Assembly (NCBI GenBank): GCA_963753595.1
Contig: CAVWCX010000019.1
Location: forward strand, 1-64,000
Source of the DNA: Candidatus Methanoperedenaceae archaeon
GTDB lineage: Archaea > Halobacteriota > Methanosarcinia > Methanosarcinales > Methanoperedenaceae
Length of the DNA: 64,000 nucleotides
Direction of reading: 5' to 3'
Shown one piece after another: positions 1-10,597 of this stretch. The position numbers were made by a program, and so were the translations under genes. Every line of letters starts with the position of its first letter. The stretch's first letter is position 1. A model generated the notes under the pieces. It did not search any database, was not told the DNA's origin, and saw only the letters and a list, made by a program, of their open reading frames with translations.

Positions 1-558
1 TTTGCTTCCTGCGATAGCTACCTGATGCGCCCTGATAATTCCAGCTATGTCGGCTTTTGTGCTTTCGAACAACTTTTTATGGAAATATAATATAGTGTTC
101 AGAGAGAGGTCTTTTTTATAATTCAGCATTTCGTAGAATGCGTTTTTGTGCGCCTGCGCCTCTTTTACATCATTTATGGGTCTTTTGCCTGGAGTTATTC
201 CCTTTTCAAGCAGGTCTGCCGTATCCCTGAGCGTAAGGGTTGAGCCTTCGATCCGGTTTGTGTCATAGGTGAACCTGATGGCGAAAGTCTCGATTTCTTT
301 TTCCCTCGCGGATTTTGGGGTGATTTTTTCCTGTTCTAAGAATGCTGTTTTTATTTCATCGAATCTATCCAGCCATTTTTCTTGATAAATTTCAGCCATG
401 AACTCTGCCATGTATTCCTGTTTCAACTCTTCGATATTTGAGGGTAGGGCTTTTCCAATGATCTTCTCTTTCTTGTGCACTCTGTCTCCTTCACGAAAGC
501 TGTGCTCGATATAAAAATATGTATGATTTTTCACTGTTTTTTTTCTAATTGTAGCCAT
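1..558 (-). CDS. Fic/DOC family protein (5' part; runs off the window)
   Basis: Not in the ORF track. Manual translation from ATG at 558: MATIRKKTVKNHTYFYIEHSFR...FAIRFTYDTNRIEGSTLT...EAQAHKNAF...FHKKLF...AGIIR. The TYxTNxIEG(S/N)TLT segment is typical of Fic proteins. Confidence 0.8.
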   Translation of the reverse strand, partial: MATIRKKTVKNHTYFYIEHSFREGDRVHKKEKIIGKALPSNIEELKQEYMAEFMAEIYQEKWLDRFDEIKTAFLEQEKITPKSAREKEIETFAIRFTYDTNRIEGSTLTLRDTADLLEKGITPGKRPINDVKEAQAHKNAFYEMLNYKKDLSLNTILYFHKKLFESTKADIAGIIRAHQVAIAGSK

Positions 559-565
559 ATTCTTA

Positions 566-622
566 TATTACCCCTACATGTTTATTAAATTTTGTGTTAT
601 TATACATATTGTAGGGGTAATA
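566..622. promoter_or_regulatory. Perfect 13-bp inverted repeat upstream of the Fic gene
   Basis: TATTACCCCTACA (566-578) and TGTAGGGGTAATA (610-622), with a 31-bp AT-rich spacer. Confidence 0.6.
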
Positions 623-774
623 GCGCTTTGTCTTCATGCTTCGAGTTCCCATTAAACGCTTTCTGCACCAGCAAACTGAAAAAGTGGTCTATTTGCTGCT
701 TTGATTCTTTATCTGATATACAGCAAGACAAACAAAATATTATTTACTCTGATAACCCCATTAAAGAATTACAA

Positions 775-1650
775 ATGGAACATATAAATAAAAACCTGAA
801 AATCGCAATTCTCCTTACAACGTTCATCTTTTTTCTTGAATTTGCAGGGGGGATAATATCAAACAGTCTGGCCCTGCTCTCCGATTCAGCTCATGTTTTC
901 ATGGATGTTGTCGCCTTATTACTTACCTATGGGGCGATCAGGATCTCAGCGCGCCCGTCCAACAGGAATGTAACCTTCGGTTATCACAGGTTTGAGATAT
1001 TTGCCGCCCTCATCAATGGATTAACAATAATAGGGATATCGGTTTTCATTTTTTATGAAGCATATGAAAGGATTCTAAATCCTCCGGCCGTAAAAGGCTT
1101 TGAAGTGCTCATTATCGCAACTGTCGGACTTCTGGTCAATGCCTGGGTGGCTTTAAAACTGCACGGGCATCATGACCTCAATATCAAAGGCGCCTACCTT
1201 CATGTGATCGGTGACGCTCTTGCTTCAATAGCCGTAATAGCAGGCGCAGTAGTTATTATTTTCACCGGTAATAATGTTGTTGACCCGATCTTAAGTATTA
1301 TTATAGGCCTGATGCTGCTTTATGGGGCGATAAAACTCGTTTTCAGTTCTATCCATATCCTTCTTGAATTTGCACCAAAGCACGTAGATACGGATACTCT
1401 TTCAAAGGTAATGATGGAAATAGAAGGCGTAAAAGGAATACATGATATCCACATCTGGAGTATTTGTTCTAATATCCACGCCATGAGCGCGCATGTGCTT
1501 GTGGACAGGATCCATGTACAGCAGACAGCGATATTAATAAGTGAAATAAACAGAAGGGTAAAAGAAAGATTCCAGATAATCCATACCACGCTTCAATTCG
1601 AATGTGCTGAATGTGTTCCGGCAGAAATAATCCACCAAAGAGGGCATTGA
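775..1650 (+). CDS. Cation diffusion facilitator (CzcD/ZitB-like) Zn/Co/Cd exporter
   Basis: SLALLSDSAHVFMD, TFGYHRFE, AYLHVIGD, HDIHIW and HTTLQFE motifs; likely start MEHINK at 775. Confidence 0.93.
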   Translation: MEHINKNLKIAILLTTFIFFLEFAGGIISNSLALLSDSAHVFMDVVALLLTYGAIRISARPSNRNVTFGYHRFEIFAALINGLTIIGISVFIFYEAYERILNPPAVKGFEVLIIATVGLLVNAWVALKLHGHHDLNIKGAYLHVIGDALASIAVIAGAVVIIFTGNNVVDPILSIIIGLMLLYGAIKLVFSSIHILLEFAPKHVDTDTLSKVMMEIEGVKGIHDIHIWSICSNIHAMSAHVLVDRIHVQQTAILISEINRRVKERFQIIHTTLQFECAECVPAEIIHQRGH

Positions 1651-1657
1651 AATTTTA

Positions 1658-2146
1658 TTAAATTTCCTTAATTCCGCGAAAAGCGCTTTTTACATACATT
1701 ATGCCTGAAGCAATATTAAATTCAACAGTTCTCCCGTAATTCTCACCAGTATCACTGGCAAGAAGCGGGATATTCAATTCTTTGAGTTTTTTCTTAACTG
1801 CTTCAACATTTCTTTCCCCGATATTGATGTTACTGCCACCGAAATTGAACATGCTGGCGCCCCCGGCTATCTTTGCTTCTAACCTGTTTTTCAGACAGCC
1901 TTTATTGAGCAGCTGGTCAACTACCATTTGGATAGCTGAATCTGCAAATTTCATGGGATTACTCTTATTATTTGACTCAGATATACTCGGAAGAAGTATA
2001 TGTGAAAGTCCCCCGAATCGGGCTATCGGGTCGCGAATTGATATCGCCACACAGGACCCAAGACCGATGGTAACAAGTACCGCAGGATTATGAACCACAA
2101 TAAGGTCTGCAATTCCAATAACTATCTTTTCCGGTTTTGAATCCAT
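1658..2146 (-). CDS. cheD: Chemoreceptor glutamine deamidase CheD
   Basis: GLGSCVA, HILLP, KFAD, KIAGGASMF, IGERN, DTGxxxGR. Confidence 0.95.
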   Translation of the reverse strand: MDSKPEKIVIGIADLIVVHNPAVLVTIGLGSCVAISIRDPIARFGGLSHILLPSISESNNKSNPMKFADSAIQMVVDQLLNKGCLKNRLEAKIAGGASMFNFGGSNINIGERNVEAVKKKLKELNIPLLASDTGENYGRTVEFNIASGIMYVKSAFRGIKEI

Positions 2147-2311
2147 AATTTATATTATTCGTCTATATTCAGATATAACTAAGCCACATAATTATGCTCA
2201 TTATTATAATGTTAATCTACATTATATTCATACAAACGCTGGTTTTCAGGACCCATGCGGCGAGCTATTTTACCCGAAATCTTAATTCGATCAATCCGGA
2301 TAAAAAAATTC

Positions 2312-2929
2312 CTATTTCCCAACCAGCTTGTTGATAGCTTCCAGCATCTTTGTAAGAGAGTTGGAATCAGTAAAGATCAATATTTTCCCGTCAATTTTTT
2401 CAGAATTAATATCAAATTGAGTCTTGAGGAACAAAACGTCTTCAACATCCGGGCTCAACAGGCATACAACCTGGTTGATTATTGCATCAGACATATCGTA
2501 TATCTCTGAAGGCGGGGACAAACCTATCGATATTGACAGGAAATTTGAAAGAGCAGTAATGTATGTACCCCCCATAATATTGCCCAATTCCTTCAAAACG
2601 GATATTTCCATCTCATCGAATTCTTTTGTCAGATCTGCTTCGCCAATTACAAGTCGTACTAAAAACTTTGCAGTTGGTTTTGATAATAATAGGAGTAAAA
2701 AGCCTTTTGCATCCCCTTTGAGTTCAAGTATTATCCCGACAACAGCCTCTTCATTTTTTACAAGTGTTGGCACCGTAAGCAAAGGTATCAATCTAAGTTC
2801 CGGAAGCGATATCCCAACTTGTTTATTTACCATCTGGGAAAGCGAAGTTGTCGCATGCCCGATCCCGATGTTTCCAACTTCCTTCAGGGCATCGCTCTGG
2901 AAATCCGTGAGTGTTTTTACATCAGTCAT
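2312..2929 (-). CDS. cheC: CheY-P phosphatase CheC
   Basis: Two ExxN motifs (DALKEVGNIG, SVLKELGNI). Confidence 0.93.
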   Translation of the reverse strand: MTDVKTLTDFQSDALKEVGNIGIGHATTSLSQMVNKQVGISLPELRLIPLLTVPTLVKNEEAVVGIILELKGDAKGFLLLLLSKPTAKFLVRLVIGEADLTKEFDEMEISVLKELGNIMGGTYITALSNFLSISIGLSPPSEIYDMSDAIINQVVCLLSPDVEDVLFLKTQFDINSEKIDGKILIFTDSNSLTKMLEAINKLVGK

Positions 2930-3775
2930 ATTTTTTCCTTCTTTTGATATATTCGTTCTTTCAAATCAAAACGTTTAAACAGCTGGGTCGAAGGCCCGAC
3001 CAGTGTCTCAGTCTTTCCCATCACAAAAAATCCTCCTTCATTGAGAGCATTATAAAAATTCATATACAATATCTCCTGCAAATTTTGTTCAAAATAAATT
3101 GTAACGTTCCTGCAAAATATTATGTCAAAACCTGAAAATTTCGGTCCTGATATCAGATCATGGCGTTTCACCTTCACAAGCTTTTTTACTTCATCAATGA
3201 CCTGGTAATTATTATCTTTCTTTACGAAAAACCGATTGATCCTTTCCTGGCCAATTTTTTCAAGTTGTTTTGGTTGGTATATTGCCATTTCTGCTTTTGC
3301 AATTGAGTCATCATCGATATCCGTAGCCTGGATCGAAATATTATATCTTTTGGTAGAACTTCCAAGGAATTCATTCAACAGAATTGCGATTGAATAAGGT
3401 TCTTCACCGTTTGAGCATCCTGCGCTCCATACTTTGATGGACTTTATAATTCCCTTTTGTTTAATCAATTCCGGAAGAACATTGTCCCGGACAGAGTCAA
3501 ATGTTTCCGGGTTCCTGAATAATTCCGTGACGTTTACTGTTAATGTCTCTTTGAGCTGTTTTACCTCGTCTTCATTTTTTACACAGCATGTGTGCATAAT
3601 CCTTATAAGATTTTGACGCAGTCGCACGAAGCCTTACAGCAAGCCTTCTTTTCAGGTGAGGCTGTTTATAGTCCTCACAGTTAAATCCGATTTTCTTTTT
3701 TATGATCGACTTCAACTCTGAAAATTCCCTTTCATCTTCATGCACAGTGCCTGATGGGGGTGGTAAATTCATCAT
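2926..3775 (-). CDS. cheR: Chemotaxis methyltransferase CheR, frameshifted near 3580 (ORFs 3572-3775 and 2926-3627)
   Basis: N-terminal YKQPHLKRRLAVRL continues in another frame as LTVNVTELFR, WSAGCSNGEEPYS, DIIFCRNV; one extra base next to an A-run. Confidence 0.9.
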
Positions 3776-5739
3776 AATAATGTCCCCACATCAAGGATCA
3801 AAGCAACATTGCCATCGCCCAGGATCGTGGCTCCGGCAAATCCTTTGACTCCTTTTAAAATATTATTATCAAGATTCTTGATTATTACTTCCTGCTGGCC
3901 TATAACCTGGTCTACTACCAGCCCGACATTACTGCCCATACGTTCAACCACGACCACAAGAAGTTCATCAGAACCATTCCTTTTAATATCGAAGAGTTCA
4001 TGTAATCGAACTAAAGGCAGGACCTCTCCCCGTATCAAAACTACTTCTTCACCCTTGATCGTCTTTATTTCTTCTTTCTTAATTGACAGGTCCCTTATAA
4101 CATTGGTGATAGGTATGGCATAGATATCCGCCCCAACCTTTACCATCAATGAATGAATGATCGCAACAGTCAAAGGAAGCTTGAGTATCATCGTTGTTCC
4201 CTTCCCTAAGACAGATTCAAGTTTAATAGACCCGCCCATTCCTCCGATCTTTGTCCGCACAACATCCATCCCTACTCCTCTTCCGGAGATTTCTGTGACC
4301 TTATCGGCAGTACTGAATCCTGGCATGAATGACAGGTTTATCGCCTCAGTATCGGAAATCTTTGCTGCTTCTTCACGTGTCATCAATCCTTTCTTTACAG
4401 CGGTTTCCCGCATCTTTTGCGGGTCCATCCCTTTGCCGTCATCAACTGCTTCTATAACAACATGATTTTTTTCCCGCCTTGCAGTCAATTTGATCGTTCC
4501 TTTCGGGCCCTTGCCATTCTGTTTTCTTACCTGGGGGGATTCAATACCATGATCCACGCAATTTCTCAGGATATGTACAAGCGGGTCTCCAATTTCATCA
4601 AGTACTGTCCGGTCAAGTTCAATATCCCCGCCTTCTAAGATCAAATCGATTTCTTTCCCCTCATTTTTCGCAAGATCCCTGATCATTCTCGGGAACCGGT
4701 TAAAGATCTGCTCGATAGGCACCATCCTCGCTGCCATGATCTCTTCCTGCAGGTCATTGGTAAGGCGGTTAAGACTGGCAAGAGTCTCTTCAAGATCATC
4801 CAATTTATGCACACTTGCAAGCTGCATTAATCGGATCTTGTTAATTATCAATTCTCCTACGAGGTTCATCAACGAATCCAGGCGTTCTATGCTTACCCGT
4901 ACACTCTGTACGCTTTTTATAGATGTCTTACTTCCTTCGGTAGCAGCCGTTTTTTCTTCAGTTTTTGCCCTGGATTTAGGACCTGTGTGGGGTTTAACTT
5001 CCACTTTTGAAATCTCAGATACTTTTTTTGCTGCATCTTCTAATTTTTTGGCATCTTCTATTGTCGAAACTACGACCTTAAATTCCCGGTCAAATTTTTC
5101 ATCCTCCAGATCCTTTACCGGAGGAACTGTTTCAATGATCTCTCCAAGCTCAGATAGATTTCTCATTACTACTGTTGACCTGGCAGATTTAAGCATGCAT
5201 GATTCATGAAGTGTGACAATTATTTCGTAAACATTGCAGCCGTTTTCAGGTTTATCCGGGGAATTATCAGATGTAGTACTATCTTTGTTGGGAATACTTT
5301 CCGGAATGGTCTGTTGCGCTGCATTTTCACTTGTTACAATTTGATCTTCCTTTAATGGAACAGGTGCAGGATCATTTTTTGATAATTTACAAATGAGAGA
5401 AGAAATATCAATTTCAGAGGATTTTTCCGGTGTTTCCACCATTTTTTCAAGTGTATCAAGACATTCGAAAAGGACATCTATTGCTGAAGAATCAAGCTTT
5501 ATTTCATTTTTCCGGACCCGGTCCATAAGGTTTTCCATGTTATGGGTGAGTTCTTTAATATTTGTATAACCCATTGTTGCGGACATGCCTTTGAGAGTGT
5601 GAGCTGCCCTGAACATTACATTTATTGTTTCACTGTTCGCCGGATCTTTTTCAAGACTAAGAAGCGCCTCATTCATTGATTGGAGGTGTTCCGCTGATTC
5701 AACTGCGAACATTTCTTTATATTCATCCATGTCATTCAT
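3772..5739 (-). CDS. cheA: Chemotaxis histidine kinase CheA
   Basis: Hpt domain (FRAAHTLKG), P2, dimerisation domain, HATPase (HILRNCVDHG, DDGKG, SGRGVGMDVV), C-terminal CheW-like domain. Confidence 0.97.
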   Translation of the reverse strand: MNDMDEYKEMFAVESAEHLQSMNEALLSLEKDPANSETINVMFRAAHTLKGMSATMGYTNIKELTHNMENLMDRVRKNEIKLDSSAIDVLFECLDTLEKMVETPEKSSEIDISSLICKLSKNDPAPVPLKEDQIVTSENAAQQTIPESIPNKDSTTSDNSPDKPENGCNVYEIIVTLHESCMLKSARSTVVMRNLSELGEIIETVPPVKDLEDEKFDREFKVVVSTIEDAKKLEDAAKKVSEISKVEVKPHTGPKSRAKTEEKTAATEGSKTSIKSVQSVRVSIERLDSLMNLVGELIINKIRLMQLASVHKLDDLEETLASLNRLTNDLQEEIMAARMVPIEQIFNRFPRMIRDLAKNEGKEIDLILEGGDIELDRTVLDEIGDPLVHILRNCVDHGIESPQVRKQNGKGPKGTIKLTARREKNHVVIEAVDDGKGMDPQKMRETAVKKGLMTREEAAKISDTEAINLSFMPGFSTADKVTEISGRGVGMDVVRTKIGGMGGSIKLESVLGKGTTMILKLPLTVAIIHSLMVKVGADIYAIPITNVIRDLSIKKEEIKTIKGEEVVLIRGEVLPLVRLHELFDIKRNGSDELLVVVVERMGSNVGLVVDQVIGQQEVIIKNLDNNILKGVKGFAGATILGDGNVALILDVGTLL

Positions 5740-5750
5740 AAATTATTCCT

Positions 5751-6824
5751 CTATGTATTTTCCATTATGCTCTGGGCTATTTTGTTAATTGGTAAAATGT
5801 AATCCGCAAGTTTTTTTTCGATCACAGACCTTGGCATACCATAAACCACGCATGTAGATTCATCCTCAGCTATCACCCTGCCGCCTGCTGATTTTAGTTT
5901 CCTGATACCATCTGTTCCATCAGAACCCATTCCGGTAAGTATTACACCAAGTGCATTTTGTCTAAATATCGGTGCAACAGAATTAAGAAGAACATCAATA
6001 GAAGGCCGTACACCCTGTATTTTTTCAGTTTTTGTGAGCGCTATTACTTCTTTGATCTGGCCATTGATATTTTGCTGTTTAACTATCATATGAAAATCCC
6101 CGGGAGCAATATAAACAGTTCCAATCTCCAGAATATCCCCATCCATAGCTTCTCTTACTTTTAGCATGGATTGGGAATTCAAACGGTCTGCGAGGGATTT
6201 GGTAAATCCGGAAGGCATGTGCTGTACCACAAGGACAGGCGCATGAATATTGGAAGTTAAAAAGGGAATGACTTGCTGTAAAGCCCTGGGTCCGCCTGTG
6301 GAAGAACCGATTATTATTATTTTTTTGGTCCTGATCCTTTGTACGGATTCAGTCTTTTCTTTCTTGCGAACGTTCACTTTTGGTTCTTCTATGAATCCAA
6401 GTTTATGGACCGCCACATTTGCAGCTGCTTTAACTTTTTTTATCAATTCATCTTTTATCTTAGCCATATCAAGGCTTATGTTCCCTGAAGGTTTCTGGAT
6501 GAAATCAACTGCACCATATTGGAACGCTGTCATGGTAAGTTCGGCTTGTTTTGATTCTGTACCACTCAACATGATAACGGGCGTGGGACACTCACTCATT
6601 ATATAACCAAGCGCCTGTAATCCATCAAGGACGGGCATTTCAACGTCCATAGTGACTACATCAGGCCGAAGCTCAGTTATCTTCTCAATTGCTTCCTGCC
6701 CGTTCCTTGCCTTACCTATAATTTCTATATCAGGAGATGATGCCAGAATATTAATAATGATCTTACGCATGAACGCAGAGTCATCAACAACAAGTACTTT
6801 TATTCCGGACATAGGTTTGATCAC
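5751..6824 (-). CDS. cheB: Chemotaxis methylesterase CheB
   Basis: REC domain plus GSSTGGP, VQHMP, RPSIDVL, LTGMGSDG. Confidence 0.97.
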   Translation of the reverse strand: MIKPMSGIKVLVVDDSAFMRKIIINILASSPDIEIIGKARNGQEAIEKITELRPDVVTMDVEMPVLDGLQALGYIMSECPTPVIMLSGTESKQAELTMTAFQYGAVDFIQKPSGNISLDMAKIKDELIKKVKAAANVAVHKLGFIEEPKVNVRKKEKTESVQRIRTKKIIIIGSSTGGPRALQQVIPFLTSNIHAPVLVVQHMPSGFTKSLADRLNSQSMLKVREAMDGDILEIGTVYIAPGDFHMIVKQQNINGQIKEVIALTKTEKIQGVRPSIDVLLNSVAPIFRQNALGVILTGMGSDGTDGIRKLKSAGGRVIAEDESTCVVYGMPRSVIEKKLADYILPINKIAQSIMENT

Positions 6825-7177
6825 ATGTTTTTAGAAACAGCTTCCAGAACTTTTGCAGCATCAAATGGTTTTATAATAAAATCCCTTGCCCCGATCTTGA
6901 TCGCATCATTTACTACAGTCTGCTGTCCGATTGAACTGCACATAACGACTTTGGCACTACCGTCTAAAGCCATTATTTGCTTCAGGCATTCAATACCATC
7001 AAGGTTTGGCATGACAATATCGCAGAATACAAGATTCGGTTTATGTTCCTTGTATTTTGCAACACCATCTGAACCATCGACTGCTTCTATCAATTCGTGT
7101 CCTGTTGGCGCAATGATCTTTTTAAGCATCATTCGCATGAATGCCGCATCATCGACCAGTAATATTTTTCCAGCCAT
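6821..7177 (-). CDS. cheY: Chemotaxis response regulator CheY
   Basis: Single REC domain: VDDAAFMR, DIVMP, KPF. Confidence 0.95.
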   Translation of the reverse strand: MAGKILLVDDAAFMRMMLKKIIAPTGHELIEAVDGSDGVAKYKEHKPNLVFCDIVMPNLDGIECLKQIMALDGSAKVVMCSSIGQQTVVNDAIKIGARDFIIKPFDAAKVLEAVSKNM

Positions 7178-7296
7178 TATTCCTCCAAGATTATTTATTT
7201 GATTTCTATTTTTAAAGTTGATTCCTTTAATATATAATCGTTAATCTCTTCCACATGGGTATATACAAAAGTGTGATATTTGTGTGTATTGCATGA

Positions 7297-8949
7297 TTAC
7301 ATCCCCAATAGCGGCCCCATCCCTTGAATTGTCAATTCAGCAGTCAGCGCAGAAATCCAGACCAGTCCCACGAAATGAGTATATGTATTAAAATGATGAC
7401 CACCATCAACAATTCTTATCAGCATTGCAGACATAAGAGAATGGCTTACCATCATAATCATAAGCATCGTTGTCATCAGTGGAATATTAGTGGCCGAGAT
7501 AGTAGCAATTGAAATCCCTATGTCGATATCAGGGATCGAAACATTTGAAAACATTTTTGCCAGCATTGCAATTATCGACACTGAAAGAAACATAGTCCCG
7601 GCAATTCCTGCAGTCATGCCATAGAGCACACCTATAAGGCTTGAAGCGCTGCTATATCTCAATTTTCTCATTGAAAGAATACTCATGAAATTTGCACTTA
7701 TGATATCCCCGATTATAGCAGGTTTCCCGCCAACATTTGTTCCTTCCACGAACATAGTTGCAAAGCGTTCTATCAGATTACTCCCTGTTCCTGCAGCGAA
7801 ATGCTCCCATGAACGCGGAGTACTGAGCCTTGTTCTGAGTCTCTTATACAGGTTATTTACATTTTCTGAAAGCGGGCCGAAATCATGAGAAGTCAATTCT
7901 TTTAGTGATTCAAGGATAAGTCCGCTTCTTGACCCTGCGGCTCCGCCAAGAGAACGGATGAAAGCTCCAAAATTATTATCATATCTTTTTATCTTATTTT
8001 CCTCAGTCCGCGCTATCAGGCCGGTAAGTAATAATGGGGTCAATGAAACGGCAAACATTATTGTTGTTGGTAATTTAGAAAATGCAACAACAATTCCTGT
8101 AAAAATTATACAGAAGAACAAAGAAACTGGCAAAGACCACTTGATTCTGCGGTCAGCCGAGGTTTCTATTTCAAGTGTATGCCATATCCTGTCGGCGGGC
8201 ACTTTTGACCTTGCATATAACAAAATCACAAATTCCGTACCTATGAATAAGATTATTGCGCCGCCAAGCAGTACTATGGAATCCATGCCTGTTATTATTG
8301 GCATAATAATCGCGAATGCTACTATGAATATAAGGGACATGCACATTGAAATGAACATTTCTTTTATCATATCTATAGAATTCAAAGAGTCCTGGTACAT
8401 GGTCATAAAGTCATTCATTACCACGGTTTGCTCGGATATTACGAACTCTCCGAAATCCTGTCCTGCCTGGACAGAATGCGCCATACGATCAAGAAAGTCC
8501 GAAAAAAGAACAGATGGCGTCCTTTGTGCTATGAACCTGCATGCCACAGGAAAACTTACATGCCAGTAGAAAATAAGAGCATGTATCCTTCCTGTCTCTT
8601 TTGCCAGATAACCATAAGCTTCCGTATGTGACAGTTTCAGTAACAGATCAACTCTTGTCATCTGGGATGTCGCAAGAACCCCCATATGTGTAATATAATA
8701 ATGTATATTATTGTCTATTTCCTTTTTTTTTCCTTCCAGGCTTGATATGGGATATATTATCACGATAGAAAAAAGTGCCAATGGAACAAGCATTATACCC
8801 AGGAACAGAACTCCTTCCATGACTGAAGGAATAAGAACCAGGATTATAATCGGGAATAAAATCGCTAAAATAGTTATCGGGATAACGAAATTCTTAAAAT
8901 AGTTTTTTTGTGATATCCCAAGGCAGTGGAATATGACTTTTGTGTTCAT
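7297..8949 (-). CDS. arlJ: Archaellum platform membrane protein ArlJ (FlaJ)
   Basis: Polytopic TadC/GspF-like protein directly after arlI. Confidence 0.92.
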   Translation of the reverse strand: MNTKVIFHCLGISQKNYFKNFVIPITILAILFPIIILVLIPSVMEGVLFLGIMLVPLALFSIVIIYPISSLEGKKKEIDNNIHYYITHMGVLATSQMTRVDLLLKLSHTEAYGYLAKETGRIHALIFYWHVSFPVACRFIAQRTPSVLFSDFLDRMAHSVQAGQDFGEFVISEQTVVMNDFMTMYQDSLNSIDMIKEMFISMCMSLIFIVAFAIIMPIITGMDSIVLLGGAIILFIGTEFVILLYARSKVPADRIWHTLEIETSADRRIKWSLPVSLFFCIIFTGIVVAFSKLPTTIMFAVSLTPLLLTGLIARTEENKIKRYDNNFGAFIRSLGGAAGSRSGLILESLKELTSHDFGPLSENVNNLYKRLRTRLSTPRSWEHFAAGTGSNLIERFATMFVEGTNVGGKPAIIGDIISANFMSILSMRKLRYSSASSLIGVLYGMTAGIAGTMFLSVSIIAMLAKMFSNVSIPDIDIGISIATISATNIPLMTTMLMIMMVSHSLMSAMLIRIVDGGHHFNTYTHFVGLVWISALTAELTIQGMGPLLGM

Positions 8950-8952
8950 ATT

Positions 8953-10593
8953 TCATACCTCAAATGGAATACCTTCAAGACCTCTTGCCTGGTATGCCCA
9001 GATTATATCCCTTACTTTATAATAATCCAGGATATTTTCTTCAACCATCCTGTTAAGTATTTTGGCACGTAATGCAAGGTCATCATATATCAGGCGCTTA
9101 TCGTCATAACCCTGTTTGGTAGCTATCTTGTCAAGGAGAAAACTATTATTCATACCCCTGAAACGATGCCTGTCATTTGTAAAATCCCACTCAAAAACAC
9201 CCCGGGTTATTACACCGCCCGCCTCTTCAAGATATCCTTCTATCTCGTCAACCGAAGTGCATCTTCGCAAATATTTTCCTTTTCGGTATATTGCCTGGAG
9301 GATCAAAGCACAATTGAGGTTATCCGCAAATGTTGGCGGGATATTTATCGGTTCACCACTCAACCTCTGGAGAAGTTTTTTGACCGACGAAGCATGGAAC
9401 GTTGCAAGAACGGCATGTCCTGTCTGCATTGCCTGGAATGCTACAGCGCCCTCTGCTCCCCTGATCTCACCCACAATGATATAGTTTGGTCTTGACCGCA
9501 GGGCAACCTTTAAGAGAGTAAATGTATCTACCTGGGATTCAACCGGGCCATCATTGCGTGTGATCAATTGCTGCCATGCCGGCTGTGGTGGAAGTACTTC
9601 AGCAGTATCTTCAACTGTATACATCTTTGATTTGCTGCTAATGAATGGCAATGCAGCGTTAAGCATTGTTGTCTTGCCACTTGCTGTTTCACCGCTGAAA
9701 AATATACTCATCTGGTTCTCAAGTAAAAGCCACAGATATGCGGAAAGGTTAGCGTCCACACTTCCCCACTTGATAAGCTGGGGAATACTCGCAGGCACTT
9801 CCATGAATTTTCTCATGGTGAAACTGGAGCCTTTCCGGCTAATGTCAGTACTATAAATAGCGGCAATCCTTGTACCATCATTAAGAGAACCATCGATTAT
9901 GGGGCGCGCATCGCTTACTGGCCTGCCGATGCGTTCACCCACGGTATGGAGCCAGTGACTCAGGTTTTCCTGGGAGCCAAAGGTCAGGTTGGTTGTCAGC
10001 ATGTTCATGATCTTATGAACAATATAAATACCGTTTACTCCAATACTATGTATATCTTCAAGGTAGGGGTCTCTTATTACGGGCTCTATCGGTCCCTGGC
10101 CGATGACATCCCGGTCAAGGAAATAAGAGATCTTATCATATTCATCCTGGGTTAAAGATACGGATTTTACTCCAAGGAATTTATCAAATATTCCAATTGG
10201 TGCCAATTTCCCCGCAATATGAACCGATTCATTAAAAAGTTTCATCATTAACTTTCTCAATTGTTCCTCATTTTCAGGAACTATCTCATCTGCAGCTTTT
10301 TCAAGAATGGTATCCATTATAGCCTTATATTTATTCATCTCATCCGGAGATAAGGCCGGCTCGATCGCGATATAAAAAATTTGCTTTGTGACTTTGTCAC
10401 CTTTAAGATGGATAAATATCGGGTCGCCCACAGGATAAATTATGGATGGTACCGGAATATCTACAATATCACGGGATAATTTCGGCATGAAGTCAGGCGT
10501 TATCCCGCTTTCTTTCTTGTATTTATCTACATATTCTGCAAGATGCGGGTTTCTTTTCAGGGCTTCTTCGAATTTATCATCCATGATGACCAC
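8953..10593 (-). CDS. arlI: Archaellum motor ATPase ArlI (FlaI)
   Basis: IYPVGDPIFIH, GETASGKTT, RSRPNYIIVGEIRG, AMQTGH. Confidence 0.95.
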   Translation of the reverse strand: MVIMDDKFEEALKRNPHLAEYVDKYKKESGITPDFMPKLSRDIVDIPVPSIIYPVGDPIFIHLKGDKVTKQIFYIAIEPALSPDEMNKYKAIMDTILEKAADEIVPENEEQLRKLMMKLFNESVHIAGKLAPIGIFDKFLGVKSVSLTQDEYDKISYFLDRDVIGQGPIEPVIRDPYLEDIHSIGVNGIYIVHKIMNMLTTNLTFGSQENLSHWLHTVGERIGRPVSDARPIIDGSLNDGTRIAAIYSTDISRKGSSFTMRKFMEVPASIPQLIKWGSVDANLSAYLWLLLENQMSIFFSGETASGKTTMLNAALPFISSKSKMYTVEDTAEVLPPQPAWQQLITRNDGPVESQVDTFTLLKVALRSRPNYIIVGEIRGAEGAVAFQAMQTGHAVLATFHASSVKKLLQRLSGEPINIPPTFADNLNCALILQAIYRKGKYLRRCTSVDEIEGYLEEAGGVITRGVFEWDFTNDRHRFRGMNNSFLLDKIATKQGYDDKRLIYDDLALRAKILNRMVEENILDYYKVRDIIWAYQARGLEGIPFEV

Positions 10594-10597
10594 TCAT

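Noticed and set aside
592-774. N-terminal extension of the CDF ORF
   Set aside because: It overlaps the promoter and inverted-repeat region; CDF-like sequence begins at ATG 775.
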